From Hydrurus foetidus (Eukaryota): 64,000 bases of DNA. Positions 52,807-64,000 of this stretch are shown here, piece after piece; positions within the stretch are counted from its first letter, which is position 1; each line of letters opens with the position of its first letter. The DNA lies in assembly GCA_900617105.1 (NCBI GenBank), contig UYFQ01000779.1, forward strand, positions 124,001 to 188,000. Reading direction: 5' to 3'. The notes under the pieces were generated by a model. The model was not told where the DNA came from, did no database searches, and worked only from the letters and a program-made list of their open reading frames with translations. A program made the position numbers and the translations under genes.

Positions 52807-53875
52807 TTATTTCAAACTGTTTTCTATAATTTCTTTTACCAAACTTGTAAAACTAACATTGCTATATTTTAAAATAGCACCAATAGAAGTAAAATTTTCA
52901 TCGTCACTAATGCCGCATTGAGCATTGGCTTCTAGTACAAACAACTCATTATTTTTGCTATTCATTCTAATGTCAATTCTTGTATATCCTTTCCTTTACA
53001 AGCAACATAGGCATCCCAACTTAGTTGCTTTATAGATTCTATTATTTCAGTTTTGGGCAATTGATATTCGTAAAATTTTCTTCGTTAGGCATTGAAGATT
53101 CTTCTTCATAAATTTCCCAAAGTCTATCAAACGATAAAAACTTTTCTTCATCAGAAAGAGATTGATGAAACACTCTTTCTACAGGAGTATAAATATGTGC
53201 TGAACTTTGGTCATCATAATTTCCGGTAATAAAACAGTAAACTCGGTCCAGTAATAAATGCTTCTGCAATAATCCCTCCTGCATTCAAATTCCATCCACG
53301 ATAGCCGTTAAACATTTTATTTACCTGCTTTTTAAGCTCATCAACAGTATGAACAACATTTGCTTTTCCAACACCCATACTTCCGCCACTTACGGCAGGT
53401 TTAACAATTATTGGTGAGCCTATTTTTCAAAATATCATCATCAACATCCTTAATAGATTCAATAAACAACCAAGAAGCGTTGCGAACATTATGCTCATCA
53501 AAGCTGTTTTCATATCTGCTTTTGATGTTGTTATATGATAAAAATATTCATCTGCTCCTGTGTATTTGAATTGAAGCTTATCAAGATATTTTATAACAGA
53601 AATACCTGGTGTAGCATTTAATTCATCTCCATCACATAAGTTAAATATTAATGGTAATTGATTCTCTGTTTTGCTTTCTTTTACTATTGAATTAATTACG
53701 ATTTGATAATTTTCTAATGTTACAGGTTGCCATTGCCAAATAATATTTAGCTCTTTAAAACCTTCGTATATTCTTCAATGCTTTGGCTGAAATCATAGTA
53801 GTAGCTGATGTTTTCATCACTACTTTCTACAAATGGTGCAAGCACCCATACTTTTAAATTTGATGGAAAACTCAT
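52807..53875 (-). CDS. D-Ala-D-Ala-ligase-like ATP-grasp protein
   Basis: FNLCDG, YTGAD, VKPAVSGGSMGV, EAFITG, GYTRIDIR, LEANAQCG. Confidence 0.85.
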
Positions 53876-54350
53876 TAATTATGTTCAAGCATTTTATTGA
53901 TAAAATCTGTTAGCTGGTAATTCTTTAAAACATCGGTTGATATATATTTTGCTCCTAGTATATTTTGTAAACAATTATCATTACCACAATTGCATTGAAA
54001 TGGTTGTGCCATATCCCACTCTGTTGAAGGATAAAAAGTTAGTTCTTCATCAACACCAATATCTCTAAGTGCTAACAATTGAAAAGTTGCTGTATTAAAA
54101 ACACTTTGGGATTGCAACTATGATTTACATATTGCAAATAGTTTGGTTGAAGTGTTATGTGTTTATTAGTATCAATTTGAACTGTTAAATAAGTGGGTTC
54201 ATCAAGTGTTAATGCTGCAGAAAAACTGCAATTAATTCTCCTTTTAAATAGCTTATTACTGTGTAAAGATTTTTGCTGTGAAATATTATTTATCAAAACG
54301 TTTGTATCATTTTGTTTACTATGCAGCATATATTTTTCTAATGTTTTCAT
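53875..54350 (-). CDS. Stand-alone SET/post-SET domain methyltransferase
   Basis: YVNHSCNP, LRDIGVDEELTFYPSTEW, FQCNCGNDNC. Confidence 0.88.
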
Positions 54351-54397
54351 ATCGTTGGTTGAACAAAGAATGATGTGATAGTTTAATTAAAGAGACG

Positions 54398-55009
54398 TTA
54401 AATTTTATTGAGTGCAATTTTCTTCTTCCATTCAATAAAACCTGCAATAGCTAGTATTAGAAAAATGATATACTGAAAACTTGTAAAAACAGCTCCTTTA
54501 TAAAAGTACAAGGGAATAGAAGCAGTGTTTGTAAGTATCCACCAAATCCAGTTTTCAATTTTCTTTCTGGTCATTTGCCACATACCTGTATATGCAGTTG
54601 CAGATGCAAATGAATCTCCTAAAGGAACTGTGCTTGTTGTATAATGCTTTAATACAAGATATAAAACAATCCAGCAAATAACGAAAAACGAAATACTTAT
54701 AATCCAATCTTTTTGCTATTCCAGGTAATTTCAATTGTTTTGTTGTTTGATTTTTTAGTCCAAATATACCAACCATAAATACTCATTATGGTGTAGTAAA
54801 ATTCAAACTACCTTCAGCATATAATCCCCACCAACTAAAACAAAACCAAGTGTAAAATATAGTATTGATAATACCTGTAGGATATACCAATATATTTTCT
54901 TTTCTAGAAAATAACACACTAGCAATACCAAAAATTACAGCAACAAATTCTAGTAGTTTTGTTTCCTGAATTCCAGTAATTAACTTATTAAAAATTCAAC
55001 CAAACTCAT
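54398..55009 (-). CDS. pnuC: PnuC-family (nicotinamide riboside/vitamin) transporter
   Basis: ENILVYPTGIIN, DSFASATA, RKKIENWIWWILTN, LYFYKG. Confidence 0.9.
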
Positions 55010-55103
55010 TCAAATTATTTGTTTCAAAAATACAAGGATAACACTTGCGTTACATAAGATATTAAAAATGCTAGTATATTCGTTCTCTTAAAATTATATT
55101 ATT

Positions 55104-55513
55104 ATGATACGTACAGCAACTGCCGTTTGGAATGGCACAGGTAAAGAAGGAAATGGACATTTAACAACACAAAGTACAGTTCTTAACCAAACTCAATATT
55201 CATTTAATACTCGTTTTGCAGATGGTATTGGAACTAATCTGAAGAATTAGTTGCAGCAGCTCACGCAGGATGTTTTACAATGAAATTAAGTTTTGTTTTA
55301 AATGCTGCAGGATTTACTGCTGATAGCTTAGAAACAAAGTGTGAACTAGAATTTAAAGATGGAGCTATTACAAAATCTCACCTAATTGTGAGTGCTAAAA
55401 TACCTGGAATTGATAACGAAAAATTTCAAGAAAGTGTAAAAGATGCTGAAGCAAATTGCCCAATTAGTAAATTACTAAATACTGCTATTTCTTCTGAAGG
55501 TGTTTTATTATAA
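55104..55513 (+). CDS. osmC: OsmC family peroxiredoxin
   Basis: ATAVWNGTGKEGNG, EELVAAAHAGCFTM, AEANCPISK. Confidence 0.93.
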
Positions 55514-55520
55514 GGTTTAG

Positions 55521-56441
55521 ATGAAATTGGCTACATCAATAAAATTTAGATATTACTGTTTCTTCTTGTGATATGCACAACAAAAGTGCAATCACAAGAA
55601 GAAACTATATTGTTTACAAGAGGTTTTTAGATTCAATTAATATTGATGATTTACTTAGATCTTCTCAAAAAATCTTACTTCAAAATTCAAACAAGTTATT
55701 TGTCTAATTCTGTTTATGGTGGCAGAAAGGATTCTTTAGCGTTGCCATATTTCACTCCATCAATAGAATATAATCATAAGTCAGGTTTTATGCTGGTGCT
55801 TCGTTTGGCTTATTACCAAACTCAAACTTTGATCGAGATTTTTTAGTTTAGATGCCGGTTTTAGCTTTGATACAAGCCATCGTTTTGGGGCAAGTTTTTG
55901 CCAATAAATTATTTTACAGTGATAGCAGCAAAACGTTCAATCGAGTGTTGATTTATCTGTCGGCACATCTTTAACTTATAATGCTTCTATAGTTAATTTT
56001 TCCTCTGTAATTACAGCAATGTTTGGAAGCAAAACTGACGTTGCAGTAAGTGTATCTGCCGACCATTCTTTTAACTTTGAGAGTGATACAAGTAATTATT
56101 CTTTTAGTATCACGCCAACTATTTCTACTTTTTTGGAACAACAGGAAATTATCAAAGTAAAAAATCAAAAACGTATCCTTGGTTTTCCACCAGGAACCAC
56201 GTTTGCTCAAATTTCTCCAAACAAGTTTCAAATGTTATCGTATGAATTTTCTACCAATCTACTACGACAGAGAATCTTGGGGAGTTTATTTTATTCCAAA
56301 CTACTCAATTGCTGTAAATCCTGTTATTACCTCAACTAAAATTACATTACCAAATGGTGGTGTTTTAATTCAAAGGAAACTACAACAGAACAAATCTCTA
56401 ATACCTTCTTCATAGAGCTAGGTTTTTACTATCGATTTTAA
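55521..56441 (+). CDS. Hypothetical outer-membrane protein
   Basis: Signal peptide, beta-strand-like segments, C-terminal ..ELGFYYRF*. Confidence 0.6.
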
Positions 56442-56507
56442 ATTAATAATAAAATAAAAAGTCTCGCTGTTAAGCGAGACCCTTGCAGTTGGTTTTGGTT
56501 CTTTCTA

Positions 56508-57078
<571 letters not shown>

Positions 57079-57102
57079 TGCTTGCTTAGCTTGTGTGAAT
57101 TA

Positions 57103-57110
57103 CAAATATA
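57103..57110 (-). promoter_or_regulatory. Bacteroidota -7 promoter element for adk
   Basis: tatatttg ~25 bp upstream of ATG. Confidence 0.5.
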
Positions 57111-57230
57111 AGGAACACGGCCAAATGTTAAAATTTTGTTTAATTTTCAATTTGTTGAAAGATTTGCTAAATCATTCCGTAATACCAAAACTATAACACA
57201 CTTTAAAACGTAATTTTAAAAAATAAACTA

Positions 57231-57776
57231 ATGAAAAAGCTATTATTTATATTGCCACTAGTACTTGCATTGTCAAGTTGCAACTCTCAAACAATAAAAA
57301 CAGAAAAAATGGATACTACATCTAAACCAAACCCTGTTTACAACAGGAAGGATGACAAAAAGTTGTTTTGCCCGAGGAAGAATGGAAAAATTCTTAGTCC
57401 AGAGGTATTTTATGTAGCAAGACAAAAGGAACTGAGCGACCTTGGACAAGCAAATTTGAAAAGTCTAAAGAAATAGGAACCTACTATTGTGCTGTTTGTG
57501 GCAATGGATTATTTAAAAGTGATACCAAATTTGAAAGTGGCTGTGGCTGGCCAAGTTTTTATGAGCCGTTGAACAAAGAGCTATTATATACACGCCAGAT
57601 AATACTCACGGAATGAAAAGAACAGAAGTGCAATGTGGCAAATGCAAATCGCATTTAGGTCACGTTTTGATGATGGACCACCACCAACAGGATTAAGATT
57701 TTGTATTAATGGTGTGGTGCTTGATTTTGAAAAAGCACAGGAAGCTGAAAAGAAGTATGAGGAGAAGAAAGGATAA
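57231..57776 (+). CDS. msrB: Peptide-methionine (R)-S-oxide reductase with lipoprotein signal
   Basis: LSSC lipobox; [32 protein letters not shown]. Confidence 0.92.
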
Positions 57777-57777
57777 A

Positions 57778-57835
57778 GAAAACGTATGATATGTTATTCT
57801 TGAATAAAATCAACAATAACATATCATACGTTTTC
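57778..57835. terminator. Long hairpin (21-bp perfect stem) between convergent genes
   Basis: gaaaacgtatgatatgttatt...aataacatatcatacgttttc. Confidence 0.8.
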
Positions 57836-57844
57836 AATTTTAGA

Positions 57845-60366
57845 TTATCTACCAATCACCAGTTTTTCAACTCCATTATTTGTTTGTAAATAGTAAATGC
57901 CATTAGGCAAATTAGTTACTGCTATTTTTGTATTAACGATGATATTTGGAACTTTTTACCACTACTCCAGTGCTGTTAATCAATGAAGCATTTGTGTTTA
58001 ACAATGATTTGTCATTTAAGTTGAATACAAGTTCATTTCCTACAGGATTTGATAACACAGTTATACCGATGTAATAGATTTTAGGTTGATTGTTTTACTT
58101 CGCTAAATTGATAATTACCATTTTTATCTTTAGCCAAAATTCATATAGTAAACAATGTTTGAATTTGAATTAACGACAAGTTCTTTATTGTAGGTATTAT
58201 TGCATAACCTTTAGCTGCTATTTCTCCAACAGATTTATAAATTCGTCCATCTGCACTTTCTTGAATAATGAAAGATTGAGTATTTACTTCATTACTTGTT
58301 ACCCAATGATGATTTATTTTTCTGGTGTTATTTACAACAGTCAACTCATAGCTTAAAATGTTCAATGGCAATATTGGGTTTTTAATTTGAGTAATGGCTG
58401 TATTTGTAATTACTGGTTTGTTATAATCGAAATAAATAGCTGCTGTGTTGGGAATATTATCGCCTGCTAAAACTGTTGCTTTGGGTTGCATTGAAAACGA
58501 ATAAAACCGCTGCTACCAAGCTTATCCACATTGCTATCTGGTAGCATTATATTTCATTTCAAAGAAAACAATATTGTCCTTCATTGTTGTTTTACACTTG
58601 TGTGATGTGGCAATCATTTGCAAACTGCTATGGTCAAGTTTGCTGTCTAGGGTATCAGCAATTACAACGTGAAATGCAGTATCATTACCAGTATTTTGAA
58701 AACGAATGGTATAATCTATTTTCTTACCTTGTGTTACTTCTGTTGTTGAAAGTTCTGGTGTTGCTTGTTTGTCGTTAGGTCAAAAGAACCACTAACAATA
58801 GAAAACCCACTTGATAAAGCGTTAGCAATTCCTCCAGAAACTGAAGCACTATATTTTATGGTATCACCAATAGAAACACTAGTTGATACCAGAAACTTAA
58901 TGTAAAAGTCTTTTACTTGTCCTGGTTTAATACTGCTTGTGTTTATCACTATGCTATCTCCATTTGCAAGTGCTGGTATGCCAGCATTTTGAAATGTTAA
59001 ACGAGTTGCATCATACCTTAAAACAATACTTGGTGAAATGTTAGTTGAACCAACATTTTCGAGATAAACGCTGTAATATAAGTTTTACCAGCTCGTGCTT
59101 TGGTTGTACCAAAGGCATTAATTGCCAAACTATCTTTAATGGTATTTGCTTGTAAGGCAATGGTATCATAGATATAACTAGTAAACGGGTCAATTGTATG
59201 TATGATAGCTGATGGGGTGCAACTGTAAAAGCTAGGAGGAATCACCTTTAATGTATCTGTACCCAAACTGGCATCCCAAATTCTGTAATATCCATCTGCA
59301 TTTGTAAATGCAGAATTTCCATCTGAACATACAATTTTAGCATTCACCTTTTAACATCGGCTGTATCATAAATGCCATTACTATTGATATCATAGTAAAC
59401 AAAGCCTTGCAATGATGTATAGTACCCACATTGATTGCTATTATTTGTAGGGTTACAAACGGGAAAATTGATAACATTATTATTTGAATCATACACTACC
59501 AAATTAGCTGGTCTATTGGGCAAACAAGTGAGATTAGAATTACCAATCACCAAAGTTTTAAAGCTATCTGGTAAAAGGGTAAACAGTAAAGATTGGTGTT
59601 AAGACAAATAAGAGATTCAAGATTAACAGGCATACCAATAGGCGACAGGAAATTAAAGAAAGGGTCATTCGAAACATTTGCCCCAGATAGATAAAGAAAA
59701 TAAAAACTTAAAAGAAGGGTTAAATGAGCAGTCCAGATAATATTCATTTGATAATCCTTGAAAAATAGAACTAATATTATTGTGCGAGCAATTTATCCTA
59801 CACGTGTTTGGAAACCAGTTAAATCACCGAGAGAAGGTTGTAACTGCAATCAAGATAGGCAATTTGAAAATTACCAGAATTGTTGCCCGTATAATCTGTA
59901 AAATCAATACTATCAATAAGATTGTGAGAAACATTGAGTGTACCCGATGTTGAATATCTCTCTTTGGGATTCTTGTTAAATGATTGTATGAAAAGTCAGC
60001 AAATAAGACATCATTAGTCAAACCAGAATCTGGTAAAAACTAAAGTTATTATGAGAAAAGCCAAAGCTATCAATATAAGGAGGAAATGCTGGTAGGCTGG
60101 TTAGTTGATTGCTATCGCAAATTATAGTATAAAGAGCTGTAAAATATTTTATACCCGTTATGTCCTTGATGTTTTATTAGAACAATTTAGTTGATGCTCA
60201 CTAGAGTTATCACTACAAGTTGTATCAAGTTGTTTAGCTGAATTAAAAACAGCTTGGATACTTCAACATCAAGAAATTTCTAAAATTGCTATCTGGTATG
60301 TTTACATATTGTGCTTGTGTTTTGCAATTGTTAGCACCAAAAAATAGAGAAGAGAACTTTTTTCAT
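57845..60366 (-). CDS. T9SS-secreted surface protein with LRRs, Ig-like/DUF11-type repeats and CTD
   Basis: YVNIPDSNFR, CDSNQLTSLP (LRR), YYDINSNGIYD, DYTIRFQNTGND, NTAAIYFDYNKPVITN, SNPVGNEL, LPNGIYYLQI. Confidence 0.85.
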
Positions 60367-60603
60367 AAACAGTTATTTAGTAGTCTAATATACTAAACGT
60401 AAAATAGTCAGAAATGGTTGCCTTTATCAAAAAATATTGAATATTTTTACAATAAAACAAAACCCACAAAGGTTTCTATCCCATTTATCGTCTTACTATC
60501 AGTTTGTTGAAAATAATTTTTGAAAAGCATTAAACTATCTTTGGTAAATATGTCATAAGCTGACAACGATTGCAGCTCGATTGCACAACACCAAAACACT
60601 AAT

Positions 60604-61104
60604 ATGTATATATCACTTAGACCTTGGACACTAGCTGATACAACTGTTTTAACAGACTATTACAATAATGTAAATATCTGGAATAACCTGCGTAATTATA
60701 TACCACATCCTTATACAATTGAAGATGCTGAGAAGTTTATTAATACGCAGATTGAAATTTTTCCTACACTAAATTTTGCCATCTTGAATGAAGATGAAAT
60801 TGTTGGTGGCATTGGTATTACATTGCTGGATGATGTGTATGCAATGAACGTTGAACTAGGCTACTGGATTGCTGAACCCTTTGGGGACAAGGCATTGCTA
60901 CGATAGCTGTGGGTTTAATGACACAGTATGTTTTGGAAACTTTGCCATTAATAGAATTGTTGCAGAAGTGTTCGATTACAATAAAGCAAGTATGCGAGTA
61001 TTGGAAAAAAATGGATATTATCTAGAATCTGTTAGAAGAAAGGGAATACTGAAAACGAGTTTTTATATGACGATTTTGTTTGGGTAAAACAAAAACTTTA
61101 TTAA
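60604..61104 (+). CDS. GNAT N-acetyltransferase (RimJ/RimL-like)
   Basis: PHPYTIEDAE, ELGYWIAEP, NKASMRVLEKNG. Confidence 0.9.
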
Positions 61105-61207
61105 GCCTATTGCCAATTTTTATAGCTTACTACACTAAAATTTAGAATGCGAATACTGCATTCAATCTTCCTTTAAAATTATTATTTAACCATTAACATA
61201 CACGACT

Positions 61208-61445
61208 ATGATTAAGAAAAATATAGCCACCAACGAGTTTGGATTTGTATTCAATCCAGCAACCGGAGATTCTTACAGCAGTAACCCTGTAGCTGCTGAT
61301 ATCATTCAACAAATGAAAGATGGAAGCTCATTGAACGAAATCAAAAACACTGCTTGATAAATACGAAGTAGATAAAATGACCATTGAAAAAGATGTGGAT
61401 GATTTTGTTGGCATCTTAAAAGAAAACAATTTATTAAACAATTAA
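61208..61445 (+). CDS. PqqD family / RiPP recognition element-like protein
   Basis: MIKKNIATNEFGFVFNPATGDSYSSNPVAADII...YEVDKMTIEKDVDDFVGILKENNLL; not in the supplied ORF track (one frameshift). Confidence 0.8.
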
Positions 61446-61456
61446 ATCCAACAGCT

Positions 61457-62506
61457 ATGAGTAATACAACAAAACCAATAACAATAGCTGTTACAGGGCT
61501 TAATGCCATTGATAGTCCTGGTCCTGGTATAGCAGTTATCAGAGCCATCAGAGAAGGAATTACACAACCTGTAAGAATTATTGGTCTGGCTTATGAAAGC
61601 CTTGAACCAGGCATTTATATGGATGGAATCTGTGATAAAACCTATCAAATTTCTTATCCTGCAGCAGGTGCAGATGTTTTATATAATGCCATAAAATACA
61701 TACACGATAAAGAAAACATTGATGTTATCATTCCAAACTTTGATGCAGAGTTATACAATTTCATCACCATTGCACCTCGTTTAAAAGCATTGGGCATTCA
61801 TTCTTTTTGCCAAGTTTTGAAATGTTTGATGCAAGGGATAAACTGAATTTGTATGCATTTGGACAAAAGCATAATCTGCTTGTTCCTAAAGACAGGGTAA
61901 TTTATTCTGTAAACGACTTGTATTTAATTGGTGAAGAGTTTGGATATCCTTTGGTAGTCAAAGGAAAGTATTATGAAGCTGTTGTGGCATACACTTTAGA
62001 GCAGGCACAAAAAGCTTTCTATAAAATCAGTGCTAAATGGGGATTGCCAATTATTGTGCAACAGTTTATTAATGGAACCGAAGTAAACATTGCTGCTTTA
62101 GGCGATGGGAAGGCAATGCAACCAGCATCATTCCTATGAAAAAATTGTATATCACTGATAAAGGCAAGGCCTGGGCTGGTATTACACTAGAGGACGAAAA
62201 TATGATACAGCTGGCGAAAGATTTTGTTGCTGCAACCAAATGGCGTGGGGATTTGAAGTTGAAATTATGAAAACCGCCAACGATGAATTATACATTATGG
62301 AAATTAATCCAAGATTCCCTGCGTGGATTTATTTATCTGCTGGTGCTGGTCAAAATCAACCTGCTGCATTAGTTAAAATGGCTTTGGGAGAAAAGGTACA
62401 ACCAATGACAGAATACAGTGTTGGTAAGCTTTTCATCAGATATAGCTGGGATATGGTGGTGGATGTTTCTAAGTTTCAACAGTTCACAGCCTTTGGAAGT
62501 ATTTAA
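61457..62506 (+). CDS. ATP-grasp domain protein (carbamoyl-phosphate-synthase-like fold)
   Basis: TGLNAIDSPGPG, IPNFDAEL, YPLVVKG, QQFINGTE, MEINPRFPAW. Confidence 0.85.
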
Positions 62507-62555
62507 TTGATAATTGACAATGAATAATTTATAATTAACAACCGACAACTTGATT

Positions 62556-62910
62556 ATGAAAGAAAATATTATTAAACAAAAGAGTTTTGACTTTGCTATC
62601 GATTGTAAAACTCTATCAATATTTATCTGAGAGTAAAAAGAGTTTGTTATCAGCAAACAATTATTAAGAAGTGGAACAAGTGTAGGAGCAAATATTAGAG
62701 AAGCAGAACAGGCAGAAAGCAAGAATGATTTTATCCATAAATTATCAATTTCATTAAAAGAAATAAACGAAACTATCTATTGGCTTGAACTTTTAGTAGC
62801 TACAAAATTTATAACAACAAAACAATTTGAGAGCATAAATAGTGATGCCGTTGAATTAATAAAACTATTGACAACAATCATCAAAACATCAAAAACAAAA
62901 AATAATAATT
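62556..62910 (+). CDS. Four-helix bundle protein (23S rRNA IVP family)
   Basis: KSFDFAI, SKQLLRSGTSVGANIREAEQAESKNDFIHKLSISLKEINETIYWLELL. Confidence 0.92.
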
Positions 62911-62950
62911 TAAAAGAATTATTAATCATCCATTATAAATTATCAATTAT

Positions 62951-64000
62951 ATGAAATTAAAATACGAAAGACCCCTCATTAAAAATTAAATGCGGGAATG
63001 ATGAACAAATTTGGAGCACAAAGTGAATGTACTCCTGTTACACATATTGATGGAGTATCTGTTAAATCTATCATTCAAAATATGGCAGTCCGGTTTTGTT
63101 TTGAGCGAACAAAAATGCGTCAGAACTATAAATCAGCAGTAAGAGCATTTAGCACAAGGTATCCAAAAGTGCAGTTTGCCTGGAGCTATAAAACCCACTA
63201 CAATAATGCTGTTTGCAGGGTATTTCATCAAGAAGGAAGCTGGGCGAAGTGGTGAGTGGCTTTGAATACAGAAAAGCTTTAAGCAATGGCGTGCCGGGCA
63301 GCAATATCATTTTAATGGTCCCGATAAAACACGCTGAAGAAATTAAATTAGCCATAGAAAATGATTCACTAATTCATATTGATCACTTTGAAGAGTTGTA
63401 TTTGCTGATTGATTTATGTGCACAGCTTGATAAAAAGCACTTGTTGCTATTCGTGTAATATGGATACCGGCATCTATCCAATGTGGGACAGATTTGGTTT
63501 TAATTATGAAAATGGACAAGCTTGGCAAGCATTGAATAAAATAGTTGAGTCAGGCAAGCTTCAGTTGGTTGGGTTACACTCTCACATTGGAACTTATATG
63601 CTCAGCACAGCTGCTTATGGTGTTGCTGCTTCAAAACTTTGTGATTTAGCAAATGAACTGCAAAAGCCAGTTGCATACCACTATCAAGTATATTGATTTG
63701 GTGGTGGTTTTCCAAGTGCCAACACTTTGAAAGGTGGTTATGGTAATGTTCCAACACCTTCTGTTGATGAGTTTGCAGAAGTAATTACATCCACTATTTT
63801 AAATTATGGTTTTAAGACAGAAGACCTTCCATTATTGATTTTAGAGAGCGGTCGTGTGATTGATGATGCTGGTTATTTATTAGGTTCTGTTTTGGCAAAT
63901 AAGAAATTGAGTGATGGACGCAAAGCAACCATTATGGATTTTGGAGTGAATATTATGTTCACCTCGTTTTGGTATGATCATAAAATTAGCCCAGCACAAG
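62951..64000 (+). CDS. Fold-type III PLP enzyme (diaminopimelate/ornithine decarboxylase-like), truncated by window end
   Basis: FAWSYKT (PLP Lys), AEVVSGFE, RFGF, GLHSHIG, IDLGGGF, LILESGR. Confidence 0.85.

Noticed and set aside
51398..53875. Housekeeping ddl or van-type resistance ligases
   Set aside because: The C-terminal motifs diverge, one ligase is fused to SET, and there is no mur/dcw or vanHX context.
61147..61176. MRILHSIFL as a RiPP precursor for the PqqD cluster
   Set aside because: Too short, with no leader/core features and no supporting evidence.

Overview
AT-rich chromosomal DNA from a Bacteroidota bacterium, probably Chitinophagaceae-like. This is inferred from TAnnTTTG promoters, type IX secretion cargo/PorU-like genes, an S46 peptidase and many lipoproteins. 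Almost every gene is split by 1-bp indels in homopolymer runs, most simply explained by long-read sequencing error, so coordinates are reconstructed across frameshifts and are approximate. Most of the window is housekeeping and metabolism: uvrD/pcrA, relA/spoT, prs, adk, xth, deoC with two aldehyde dehydrogenases, FKBPs, MATE, cyanophycinase and others. Five features stand out. (1) A tightly coupled operon of a SET protein, a Ddl-like ATP-grasp ligase and an ATP-grasp::SET fusion, downstream of pnuC (51.4-55.0 kb). (2) A PqqD/RRE + ATP-grasp + fold-III PLP enzyme cluster with no visible precursor peptide (61.2 kb to the window end); its tail may have been moved to about 5 kb by an IS4-associated inversion. 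(3) Two four-helix-bundle (23S rRNA IVP-like) genes inside operons, each enclosed by a ~32-bp imperfect inverted repeat built from heptamers, plus an apparently empty heptamer element. (4) A ~4.2-kb island bounded by a duplicated terminator palindrome. (5) Degenerate arrays of hairpins phased at 21 bp. No rRNA, tRNA or CRISPR array was recognised.
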